From contig JBBRPR010000023.1 of the NCBI GenBank assembly GCA_038227875.1, forward strand, positions 59,955 to 123,954: 64,000 nt of DNA, written 5' to 3'. Made by a program: the position numbers and the translations under genes. The notes under the pieces were generated by a model, which was not told the origin of the DNA, did no database searches, and worked only from the letters and a program-made list of their open reading frames with translations. The stretch is from Planctomycetota bacterium (GTDB lineage Bacteria > Planctomycetota > SZUA-567 > H5-PLA8). Shown here piece by piece: positions 1-8,750 of this stretch (position 1 is its first letter; the number at the start of each line of letters is the position of its first letter).

Positions 1-2
1 GC

Positions 3-3000
3 AAGAAACTGAAACTGACTGGCGAAACCAACGGTGAAAAAGGCGCGTTCACGGAATTCACCGTCGAAAAGGACGCCAGCTACACCGTCCGCGTCAGCAG
101 CGCCGACGAACAGACTTCCGACCCCAGCAGCAGCTTCACGATCAAGGCAACGAAGGACGAACCGCCGTCGGTCGCGGTGGAAACACCGGGCGGGGATCTC
201 TCGACGCATCCCGGAGCTGAAGTCGATTTCCGGGCGAAGGTCTCCGACGATGTGGGCATTGCGTCGGTGGAACTGGTTTACGGAACGTCCGGCGCAGGCG
301 CCGACGACAAGACCGACCGCATTCTCCTGCCGCTTGACGGCACCGGTCCCGGCGATCACACCGCGGCCGTCTCTCTGGCCCTGCCCGATGTCAAGCCGCT
401 GCCCGTTCCGGGCTCGACGCTCTTCTACCATTTTGAAGTGCGCGACGTGAAAGGCCAGCCGGCGATCTCCGATATCTACATGCTCAAGGTCCGGCCGTAC
501 GAAGTCGCCGGCGCGTTCCCCGATCCCAAGGGTTCGCACCATCATCCGCACCCGCCCTCGCTGGATCTGATGGTCTTCATCGGCGCGTCCTGGAACATCC
601 AGGCACAAAAGGATCTGATCGAAAAAGCCGACTACGACAAGCGCTGCGACGACCTGACCGCGCGCATGACCCTGCCCGACGGTTCGCCGCAGAAATTCAA
701 GAAGCCGAAGGCCAGCCTGGTGCCCGCGGATAAGGTTCCGCTGATCGCCAAGGGCGACGAAATGGTGAAGCTGGGCATCGCCACGCTCCGCGGCCACGAT
801 GCAGGCAAGGCGACCGAGCAGTTCCGGGAAGCCGTGGCGCTCTGGACGCAGTGCGGCGTGGCGTTCGACATGCAGGACAAGCAGGAAATCAACGAGATCG
901 GCGAGAAGACTGAAAATCAGATCGATCCTATGCAGGAAGCGCTGGGCTTCCTGAAAATGGACGCGCCGAAGATGGACCAGGAATCACCGAAGTACGACTC
1001 GGTGCTGCCTGGTTACAAGCGCGCGCTGAAGCCTGAAGAAGCGAAGGAACTGAAAGACAAGGCCGCCGATCTGCAAAAACGCGAACAGCAGCTGCTGGAA
1101 GAAGCGAAGAAGCTGGCGATGCTGAAAGTGGATCCCACCGAACAGAAACCCGGCGAAGCGAAGCCAGGCGAAGAAAAGCCGGGCGAAGCGAAACCCGGGG
1201 AAGAGAAGCCCGGCGATCCCAAAGAGGGCGATCAGAAACCCGGTGACCAGAAACCTGGCGAACCCAAAGTAGCCAACGCCGATAACAAGCCTGGCGAAAA
1301 TAAGCCTGGTGAAAATAAACCCGGCGACAACAAGCCGGGAGATAACAAGCCGGGCGAGGAAAAGCCGGGAGAACAGAAACCCGGTGGGCAGGTGGCCGAA
1401 GGACATCCGGAGACCAAACCCGGCGCGCCCGGCGAAGCCCGGCCGACCGATCCCAACGCGGCCCAGACCGCCGATCGCAACGAACGCGCGCAGGATCTGC
1501 AGCACAAGCAGGAGCAACTCGCGGGCGAAGCCCGGCAGCTCGAACGTCAGGCCGCCGCGCACACGGCCAATGCCGACAAGAACACCAAGGAAATTCTCGA
1601 CCACTTCCGCGCCACCACCCGGCAGATGGACGCCGCCGTGACGCAGATGAAGGAAGGCAATCTCCAGCAGGCCGCTGCGCACGGCGAAGAAGCGCGCCGC
1701 GAACTGCGCTCCGCCGTCGACAAGCTCCAGGTCTCGCAGTTCGACAATCTCGACCAGGCCGTCGCCGCTGCCGATGAACGCGCCGGACAGATTGCCGAAG
1801 CGCAGAAGCACATCCGCGAAGGCACGAAGAAAGTCATCGACGACGCCAAGGCTCGCAACGCCAAGACGCCCAACGCACCGGCCACCGATCCCAAGACTGG
1901 CGAAGCGAAACTCAATCCGCAAGACGTTCAGAAGCTGCAGGGACTGGCCAAGCTCCAGATGGAAAATCAGCAGAACGCCGAGAATCTCGACAAGTACGTC
2001 GGCGAACTGGAGAAGTGGGCCGAGCAGATGCATAAGACCGAGACCGCGGAAAACCTGCGCAAGGCCGGCCGCACGATGAAACTGGAAGACGTTGCCGGCG
2101 CGATGCGCACGACCGCGGTGAACCTCGCACAGTCGGAAGTCACCGACGCAACAGAGACGCAGGGCAAGCTCGACAGGACGCTCGAGAAAGTCGCCGCGAA
2201 TCTGCAGGCCGCCAATGGCTCGCTGGCGCAGACCAGCGAACAGAAGCTCAAGCGCGCCGCCGCTGAAGCCAAGGAGATCATCGCCAAGGCTGAACTCCTC
2301 GCCAACGCCGACGGTAAAGAGGGCAAGGAAGGCAAGAACGATCCCAACGCCGCGCAGAAGCCCGGCGATGAGAACAAGCCCGGGGATAGGAAGGACGACG
2401 GCGGCAAACCCGGCGACAAAAAAGACGACACCAAGACCGCTGACGCCAACAAGCCTGGCGACAAGAACGACAAGAACGACAAGAATCAGCCGGGCGACAA
2501 GAAGGACGACGGCGCGAAGAACCCGGACACGAAGACCGCCGACGCGAACAAGCCCGGTGATAAGAACGACGGCAAGGGCGACCAGAATGCCGCCGATGCC
2601 AATAAGAACGATAACAAGGGCGACAAAGTCGCTGACAACAAGCAGGGCAAGGGCGATAAGAACGACAAGAAAGCGCTCACGCCGGAGCAGCGCAGAGAAC
2701 TTCAGGGCGAACTGATGCGCGACACGCAGCGCCTGGTCAAGCGCATCGAACAGGACAAGCTCGCCGACGGCAAGCTCCAGCCGCATCTCGAAACGATCAA
2801 GTCGGAAAAGTCGTGGGAAGAAATGTTCAAGGAAGGTAAGAAGACGCAGCTCGACAAGTACCTCGGCTCCGTCCACGCCGTCTCGTCGCACCTGGAAGAC
2901 AAGCTGGAAATGCTGTTGAAAGCCAAGCGCCTCAGCGCCGCCCAGCGCGAGCAGACGCCGATCCAGTACCGCGACATGGTCAACAAGTACTACGAGCAAT

Positions 3001-3014
3001 TGGCGAAGGAGTAG
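3..3014 (+). CDS. DUF4175-like large coiled-coil envelope protein with KPGE/KPGD low-complexity tracts (5'-partial)
   Basis: Frame is open from base 3, so the true start is upstream of the window. 'KDEPPSVAVETPGGD...VSDDVGI' Ig-like motif, long helical Q/E/K-rich region, C-terminal 'PIQYRDMVNKYYEQLA' typical of this family. Confidence 0.7.
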   Translation, partial: KKLKLTGETNGEKGAFTEFTVEKDASYTVRVSSADEQTSDPSSSFTIKATKDEPPSVAVETPGGDLSTHPGAEVDFRAKVSDDVGIASVELVYGTSGAGADDKTDRILLPLDGTGPGDHTAAVSLALPDVKPLPVPGSTLFYHFEVRDVKGQPAISDIYMLKVRPYEVAGAFPDPKGSHHHPHPPSLDLMVFIGASWNIQAQKDLIEKADYDKRCDDLTARMTLPDGSPQKFKKPKASLVPADKVPLIAKGDEMVKLGIATLRGHDAGKATEQFREAVALWTQCGVAFDMQDKQEINEIGEKTENQIDPMQEALGFLKMDAPKMDQESPKYDSVLPGYKRALKPEEAKELKDKAADLQKREQQLLEEAKKLAMLKVDPTEQKPGEAKPGEEKPGEAKPGEEKPGDPKEGDQKPGDQKPGEPKVANADNKPGENKPGENKPGDNKPGDNKPGEEKPGEQKPGGQVAEGHPETKPGAPGEARPTDPNAAQTADRNERAQDLQHKQEQLAGEARQLERQAAAHTANADKNTKEILDHFRATTRQMDAAVTQMKEGNLQQAAAHGEEARRELRSAVDKLQVSQFDNLDQAVAAADERAGQIAEAQKHIREGTKKVIDDAKARNAKTPNAPATDPKTGEAKLNPQDVQKLQGLAKLQMENQQNAENLDKYVGELEKWAEQMHKTETAENLRKAGRTMKLEDVAGAMRTTAVNLAQSEVTDATETQGKLDRTLEKVAANLQAANGSLAQTSEQKLKRAAAEAKEIIAKAELLANADGKEGKEGKNDPNAAQKPGDENKPGDRKDDGGKPGDKKDDTKTADANKPGDKNDKNDKNQPGDKKDDGAKNPDTKTADANKPGDKNDGKGDQNAADANKNDNKGDKVADNKQGKGDKNDKKALTPEQRRELQGELMRDTQRLVKRIEQDKLADGKLQPHLETIKSEKSWEEMFKEGKKTQLDKYLGSVHAVSSHLEDKLEMLLKAKRLSAAQREQTPIQYRDMVNKYYEQLAKE
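1146..1440 (+). repeat. In-frame ~15-bp tandem repeat encoding (KPGE/D-x)n pentapeptides
   Basis: KPGEA KPGEE KPGEA KPGEE KPGD ... KPGEN KPGEN KPGDN KPGDN KPGEE KPGEQ; a second degenerate K/D/N tract lies at about 2358-2670. Confidence 0.9.
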
Positions 3015-3203
3015 TAGTTTGGAGTTTTTAGTTTTTAGTTTTGAGTTGTGGTTGACTGAGGCAATACGCAACTCAAAACTTCGCGTTCGGTGGGATAAAA
3101 GTGCGGTCTAACCACGGTGGTTTTGAAAGTTTAGTTTTGAGTGACGTTCAAAATTTACCACTGCGGACGCAACTCGAAACTAATAACTAAAAACTCAAAA
3201 CTA
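3015..3203. repeat. Nested inverted repeat built from 7-mer units (TTTT(T/G)AG / CT(A/C)AAAA)
   Basis: Arm 3015-3048 matches the reverse complement of 3170-3203 at 31/34; shorter inner copies at 3069-3080 and 3120-3142. Confidence 0.85.
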
Positions 3204-3244
3204 TCCACAGCAGTCATTGGTTTTCCGGGGTACTTCTCTTCACC

Positions 3245-5533
3245 ATGTTTGAAACCCTCTTCAAGTATCCGCTCGATTTTTACCGCAAAGGCGAAGTGGG
3301 CTTCGCGACGCACATGCCGACGGAAGTTCGGCTGCTGCTGATCGTCGCCGCGGGCGTCGTCGCATTCCTGCTCTACCGCAAGACCAGCGTCGGCCTGGCG
3401 CCCGCGCGCCGCTGGATGCTCACCGGCCTGCGCGTTGCCACGCTGGCAATCCTGCTGGTCATGGTCTTCATCCCGACGCTGCGCATCCCGAAACTCAAAA
3501 GCGAAGAAACGTTCGTCGCGGTGATGCTCGACGCCACGCGCAGCATGACCATCGACGACTCGGCCAAAGGCGGCACGCGCTTCGATGCCGCGCGCAACGT
3601 CATTGTCACCGACAAGGGCACTGGCCTGGCCAGCGACTTGAACACGGACTTCGCTGTGCGCCTCTTCAGCTTCGGCGACACGTCCAAGCGCACCAACGAT
3701 CTCCGTTCGATCAACGCCGACGGCGAACGCACGAATCTCTTCCGCTCGATCCGCGACGTCGCTCAGGAAATGCGCGGCGTCTCACTGGCTGCCGTGGTCA
3801 TGCTCACCGACGGCGGCAATAACGCCGCCGGTCAGCCGCTGGAAATGGCGCAGTTCCTCAAGACGCAGAACATCAAGCTCTACACCGTCGGTTTCGGCAG
3901 CCCCAATCCCCCCAAAGACTACGAAGTCGTCCGCGTCGCCGTCCCGCGCAAGGTCCGCCGCAATTCGCAGGTCGAAGCCTTCGCCACCGTCCGCTGCACC
4001 GGCTACACTGTGCCGTTCACCGTCTTCCTGCGCCAAGGCGAAGCCATTCTCTCCACGATGGAAGTCCACCCGCAGCAAGGCAAGGATATGTACCAGGTCC
4101 GCTTTACCTTCTTCCCGGACCAGGCGGGCACGCAGAAGTACAACCTTTTCATCAAGCCCGGCGAAGGCGAGAAGATCGTCGAAAACAACCTGCGCGAGTT
4201 CCTGGTCGAAGTCACCGAAAACCGCCTCCCCGTGCTCTACGTCGAAGGCAGCCCGCGCACCGAATTCCGCTTCCTCCGCCGCGCGCTTTTCCGCGATCCG
4301 GATTTCCGCATCGTCTCCGTTCTGCGCACGGGCAGCGGCCACGACCACAACTACGTCCAGGGCGCGGAAGACTTCACCGAAGCGCAGCGCGCCGAACTAG
4401 CCAAGGGCTACCCGACCAGCAAGGAACTCCTCTACAAATTCGAAGGCGTAATTTTCGGCGACGTCGAAGCGGAATTCTTCACCAAGGAACAGTTGAAGAT
4501 GACCGAGGAATTCGTGCGCGAGCGCGGCGGCGGGTTTGCCATGCTCGGCGGCGTGAATTCCTTCAATCTCGGCGACTATGCCGGCACGCCGCTGGAATCG
4601 ATGCTGCCGGTGATCATGGAAGAGAAGAAGAATACCTACTCCTTCGACCGCTTCAAAATGCGCGTGCCCGACGCGGCGCTCCGGCACCCCGTGCTCCACC
4701 AGGACGACGATCCGGAAATGAATCAGAAGGCCTGGGACCGCGTTCCGGAACTCGACGGCTACAATCTCATGAAGGGTGTCAAATCCGGAGCGCAAGTGCT
4801 CGCCTCGCATCCGACCACTCAGCAGCCGATCCTCGCCGTCCAGAAATTCGGCAACGGCCGCGTCGCCGCGTTCTGCACTGGTGGTTCTTGGGCATGGCGC
4901 ATGTCGGTCTCGACGGAATCAGAAATCCAGGAGAAGTTCTGGCGGCAGCTCGTCCGCTGGCTGGCCGTTGGTTCCAAGGAAAACATCACCATCGCGCTCG
5001 ACCGCGACATTTACGCCAAAGGCGAACCGGTGATCCTCCGCGCCACCGTGCTCGGCCAGTCGCTCGACGCCGTCAGCGATGCGAAAGTGAAAGCGAAATT
5101 CCAGGACCCGTTCGGCAACGTCGAAGAAATCGACATGCCGTGGATCCTGACCCAGGACGGCGTCTATCAGTGCCGCTATGAAACGCACGAAAACGGCGAC
5201 CACAAGATCACCGTCCACGTCGAAATCCCCGGCCTCAAGCCGCAGGATCTCGATACGACCTTCAGCGTTACGCAGCCGTTTCTGGAGTTCAACAACGCCG
5301 GCCTCAATGAAACGCTGCTCAAGCAAATGGCCGAAATGACCGGCGGAAAGTACTTCAACGAAGCCGATACCGCCGGCCTGCTGCCGGAGATCAAGAAGAT
5401 CATGCTCACGCGCGAACGCACGGGCATGTACGTCGAAGAAAAGGACGTCTGGGACGCCCCCATCTTCTACCTCGCGCTGGCCGTACTGCTGGGACTGGAA
5501 TGGAGCTTCCGCCGCCGCAACGGTCTGGCGTAA
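3245..5533 (+). CDS. Membrane-anchored VWA + class I glutamine-amidotransferase-like (DUF1355-type) protein
   Basis: Two N-terminal TM helices, MIDAS-like 'LDATRSM' and 'LTDG', 'VLYVEGSPRTEFRFLRRAL', 'RERGGGFAMLGG', 'FGNGRV', C-terminal TM 'LEWSFRRRNGL'. Confidence 0.8.
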   Translation: MFETLFKYPLDFYRKGEVGFATHMPTEVRLLLIVAAGVVAFLLYRKTSVGLAPARRWMLTGLRVATLAILLVMVFIPTLRIPKLKSEETFVAVMLDATRSMTIDDSAKGGTRFDAARNVIVTDKGTGLASDLNTDFAVRLFSFGDTSKRTNDLRSINADGERTNLFRSIRDVAQEMRGVSLAAVVMLTDGGNNAAGQPLEMAQFLKTQNIKLYTVGFGSPNPPKDYEVVRVAVPRKVRRNSQVEAFATVRCTGYTVPFTVFLRQGEAILSTMEVHPQQGKDMYQVRFTFFPDQAGTQKYNLFIKPGEGEKIVENNLREFLVEVTENRLPVLYVEGSPRTEFRFLRRALFRDPDFRIVSVLRTGSGHDHNYVQGAEDFTEAQRAELAKGYPTSKELLYKFEGVIFGDVEAEFFTKEQLKMTEEFVRERGGGFAMLGGVNSFNLGDYAGTPLESMLPVIMEEKKNTYSFDRFKMRVPDAALRHPVLHQDDDPEMNQKAWDRVPELDGYNLMKGVKSGAQVLASHPTTQQPILAVQKFGNGRVAAFCTGGSWAWRMSVSTESEIQEKFWRQLVRWLAVGSKENITIALDRDIYAKGEPVILRATVLGQSLDAVSDAKVKAKFQDPFGNVEEIDMPWILTQDGVYQCRYETHENGDHKITVHVEIPGLKPQDLDTTFSVTQPFLEFNNAGLNETLLKQMAEMTGGKYFNEADTAGLLPEIKKIMLTRERTGMYVEEKDVWDAPIFYLALAVLLGLEWSFRRRNGLA

Positions 5534-5548
5534 CGAGAGAACTCAACC

Positions 5549-6556
5549 ATGGAATCGAAATTCAAACTCCTTCTCGCCGCGCTGATGCTCACTGCCGCCG
5601 TCTCCGTGCGCGCCGCGGATAAGCCGCAAGCCTGGGCGCTGGTCGTCGCCGGCGAAAGTGGCGACGCCAACTTCACCGAAAATTACCGAGACTGGTGCAC
5701 GCGTCTTCATGAATTCCTGACCAAGTACGCTGGCATCCCCGCTGATCACATCCGGTTGCTGATGGAAAAGCAGGACCTGATCCCCACTATCATTTCCGCC
5801 ACCAGCACGAAAGAAAACGTGCTCAAAGCTTTCGCCGACATCAGCGCCAAGGCCAAGCCTGCCGACCAGGTCACCGTCTTTTACATCGGCCACGGCACCG
5901 CGCAGGGCGGCGTGGGCAAGCTCTGCCTGCCCGGGCCCGACATCACCAGCGACGAAACCGCTGATCTGCTGAATAAACTCCCGACCAAGGAAGTCATCTT
6001 CATCAATACCGCCGCGTGTTCGGCGGCGTTTCTGGAAAAGTGCAGCGCACCTGGCCGCATCATTGTCACGTCGACCAACAACGCCGGGGAAGGCAATGAG
6101 ACGTACTTTCTGGAGTTCTTCCTGAAAGCGTTCGAAACCGGGGATCGCGCCGTGATGGCCACGCAGTCGGTGCTGATTGTCTTCAATACCGCCGCCACCG
6201 AATGCCCGAAGTGGTACCTGCGTCAATATTACGACGCCAAGGCGCACACCTGGCGCACCGAAGGCAAGCAATCGCGCGCGCTCTGGACGAAATTCTACGG
6301 CAAGATGCCCGACAAGAAGGCCGGCGACCCGCTCGACGCCAACGCCGAAGACGCCGATCCGGTGCTGGGTGAATGGGGCGATCAGTGGGCCAGCCGCCGC
6401 ATGCCCACCGAACACGCACAACTCGACGACAACGGCGACAAACTCGGTACGGGTGTCTTTGTGAACAACCAGTTCACGCCCCTGCCCGGCAGCGAAGAAG
6501 GCGCGGATGGCTTCCTCGCCCGCACCGCCGTGATCGGCAAACCATCCACCCGTTGA
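5549..6556 (+). CDS. Secreted caspase/legumain-like (clan CD, peptidase C13-like) protein
   Basis: Signal peptide; 'ALVVAG', 'FYIGHG' (His-Gly), 'INTAACS' (Cys), 'RIIVTST'. Confidence 0.65.
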   Translation: MESKFKLLLAALMLTAAVSVRAADKPQAWALVVAGESGDANFTENYRDWCTRLHEFLTKYAGIPADHIRLLMEKQDLIPTIISATSTKENVLKAFADISAKAKPADQVTVFYIGHGTAQGGVGKLCLPGPDITSDETADLLNKLPTKEVIFINTAACSAAFLEKCSAPGRIIVTSTNNAGEGNETYFLEFFLKAFETGDRAVMATQSVLIVFNTAATECPKWYLRQYYDAKAHTWRTEGKQSRALWTKFYGKMPDKKAGDPLDANAEDADPVLGEWGDQWASRRMPTEHAQLDDNGDKLGTGVFVNNQFTPLPGSEEGADGFLARTAVIGKPSTR

Positions 6557-6588
6557 TAGAACACAGCGCGATGGCTAGAATTCACCGC

Positions 6589-8568
6589 ATGAAGAAGCTC
6601 GCCCTCATTCTTTCGGTGTGTGTCCTGGCCGCGGGGTCCTCACGCAGCTTCGGCGCGACCATGCCGCTGCCGACCATCGACTCGCGCATCACCTGGGAGA
6701 CCGAACTGCGCGTCAAGTTCGCCGAACACGTTTTCCCCAGCCCTCACGAGGCTGGCCGCGTCTGGGTCGTCACCAAACCCGGGATCATGGAAACGCTCGA
6801 CAGCGGCTCAAACTGGAAGCTGCTCCCCGATACCGGCCGCGAAAAACTCGGTCGCATCTCCGACGTGCTCTTCTCGCCGGTCGACGGCGACCTGATCCTC
6901 CTCGCCAGCCGCGACCACGGCGTCTTCCGCTCCAATGATAACGGCAAGACATGGCAGAACATTGGCACCACTGCCTCGGGTTTAAGTTCCCCCAGCATCG
7001 TCCGCATCGCCTGCGACCCCAACGACCGCGCCTCGCACATTTTCTACGCCTCCCACGGCGACGAAGCGCCCGGCATCTCCAAGACTATCGACGGTGGCCA
7101 GACCTGGTTCACCATCGCCGAGGCTTACTACGTTCACGAGATGCTCCGCGACGGCCGCGACCTGGTGATCGGTGCGCGCTCGGTCTCTGAAGAGGACGCG
7201 TGGAGCATCGTCGAAAGCCGTAATCAGGGCGCGACGTGGACGGAAGTTGTGCCCAACGTCCGCCCCACCGTCACCGGCGAAACCCGAGTCGCCACGAATA
7301 ACATTTTCTTCGGCACGCTCAAAGGCCGCCTGCTCAACCGCCATCGTGTTGGCCGCTGGCAGACGGGGGATTGGAAACCCGTTGGTCCCGAACAGGGCGC
7401 TGACTGGGCCTCCATCTTCGGCACGTTCGGCGTGAAGCCCGACGAAGAATTCATGTACGCTTACGATCCGCACCGCCTCGGCTTGATCGCCTCGCGCGAC
7501 GGCTTTCAGACATGGTGGAGCGAAACTGGGATTCTCTTTGTGGGCCCGGTGGTCAGAGACGGTGCGAACGTCTGCGTCAATTCCACCGGCAAAACCTTTT
7601 ACGCTTCAATCAACGGTCAGCTCTACATCGGTCGCACGCCCTCTCCGGACGGCCCCACGCTGGCTGAATTCAAGGTCACACCGACGGTGCTGCACTGGAC
7701 CAAGGGCGCGCCCGTGGTGATCTCGACGAAAATTATTCCCTTCGACGACGCGCCGCTCTCCAAGATCCGCACCGTCACTGCCAATCTCGGCATCCTGCAC
7801 GGCCCCGGCAACGCACCGCTCTTCGACGACGGCCAGCACAGCGACGGCGCCACCGGCGATGGCGTGTGGGCCACGTCTTTTGCCGTCGACGACGAATGGA
7901 CGCGCACGTGGCAGTGGTGGGACGGTTCCAAGCGCCCGCACTTCCCGGGTCAGTTGCTGCTCACTATTACCGCCACTGACATGTCCAACCGCACGACCAC
8001 CGAAGTCGTTCCGTTCTCGCTCTACCCCAAGCCTGAATCGATGGTCTGGTGGAATGGCGAAGACGTGAAGCGCGGCGACAAAATGGCCGATGGCCGCCGC
8101 GCCACCGAGCCTCAAAAATTCGACGATCGCCACGGCAACATCTTCGACATGAACGTCGAAGCCCATTCCGGCACCAACTGTCTCCACGTCGTCGCCTTTA
8201 AACCCGGCTGGATCACCGGATGGGGCAAGGAATACGAGTCGCTCAACATGAGCGACATGGCGTACCTCTCGTTCTGGGTCAAGAGCCCCGAGAACAACAC
8301 GCGCGACATGAAAGTCCTCCTCGCCGACGCCCCCGGTGGTGAAAACGACGCCAGCCATTCCAGCGAGGTCTACCTGATCAAGGGCGGCTTCATCAAAGAA
8401 TTCACCACGCAATACCAGCAGGTTCGCATCCCCATCGCAAGGTTCATGAAGAAGAGCGGATTCAGTATCGACATGGTCGGCGGCGTAGTTTTCGGCGGCG
8501 ACGACACCAAAGGCCACAACGTCTATATTGATGACATCTGCTTCGAGGCCGAAGGCCAGCCGAAGTAG
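6589..8568 (+). CDS. Secreted BNR/Asp-box beta-propeller + choice-of-anchor-X-like + CBM11-like protein
   Basis: Signal peptide from MKKLAL (alternative ATG 6571). Asp-boxes TLDSGSNW, SNDNGKTW, TIDGGQTW, SRNQGATW, SRDGFQTW; 'LFDDGQHSDGATGDGVW'; C-terminal 'LSFWVK...VRIPIARF...VYIDDICF'. Confidence 0.75.
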   Translation: MKKLALILSVCVLAAGSSRSFGATMPLPTIDSRITWETELRVKFAEHVFPSPHEAGRVWVVTKPGIMETLDSGSNWKLLPDTGREKLGRISDVLFSPVDGDLILLASRDHGVFRSNDNGKTWQNIGTTASGLSSPSIVRIACDPNDRASHIFYASHGDEAPGISKTIDGGQTWFTIAEAYYVHEMLRDGRDLVIGARSVSEEDAWSIVESRNQGATWTEVVPNVRPTVTGETRVATNNIFFGTLKGRLLNRHRVGRWQTGDWKPVGPEQGADWASIFGTFGVKPDEEFMYAYDPHRLGLIASRDGFQTWWSETGILFVGPVVRDGANVCVNSTGKTFYASINGQLYIGRTPSPDGPTLAEFKVTPTVLHWTKGAPVVISTKIIPFDDAPLSKIRTVTANLGILHGPGNAPLFDDGQHSDGATGDGVWATSFAVDDEWTRTWQWWDGSKRPHFPGQLLLTITATDMSNRTTTEVVPFSLYPKPESMVWWNGEDVKRGDKMADGRRATEPQKFDDRHGNIFDMNVEAHSGTNCLHVVAFKPGWITGWGKEYESLNMSDMAYLSFWVKSPENNTRDMKVLLADAPGGENDASHSSEVYLIKGGFIKEFTTQYQQVRIPIARFMKKSGFSIDMVGGVVFGGDDTKGHNVYIDDICFEAEGQPK

Positions 8569-8750
8569 AGCAACGTCATCGGTCAACGCTCCCTCACTGT
8601 TTTCACTCAACTCGAAAGCCCGAATTCCAACTCGCGTCCGCCAAGGACCCGAAAAGTCTGCCGATTTTTTAAAACTCCCTGCACCCTTTATTCACATGAG
8701 CGCCACTCTCTAATGTTCTGTTCGCCTGAATCCATCTGATATGGAAAGGA

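Noticed and set aside
1146..1440. Tandem repeats as a CRISPR array
   Set aside because: In-frame coding 15-mers with no unique spacers; no cas genes. The heptamer elements also lack repeat-spacer structure.
984..3071. 695-aa minus-strand ORF (also 9801-11600, 12357-13232, 32914-34008, 52913-54016 and others)
   Set aside because: Antisense shadows of well-supported genes; high GC3 suppresses stops on the opposite strand; no motifs.
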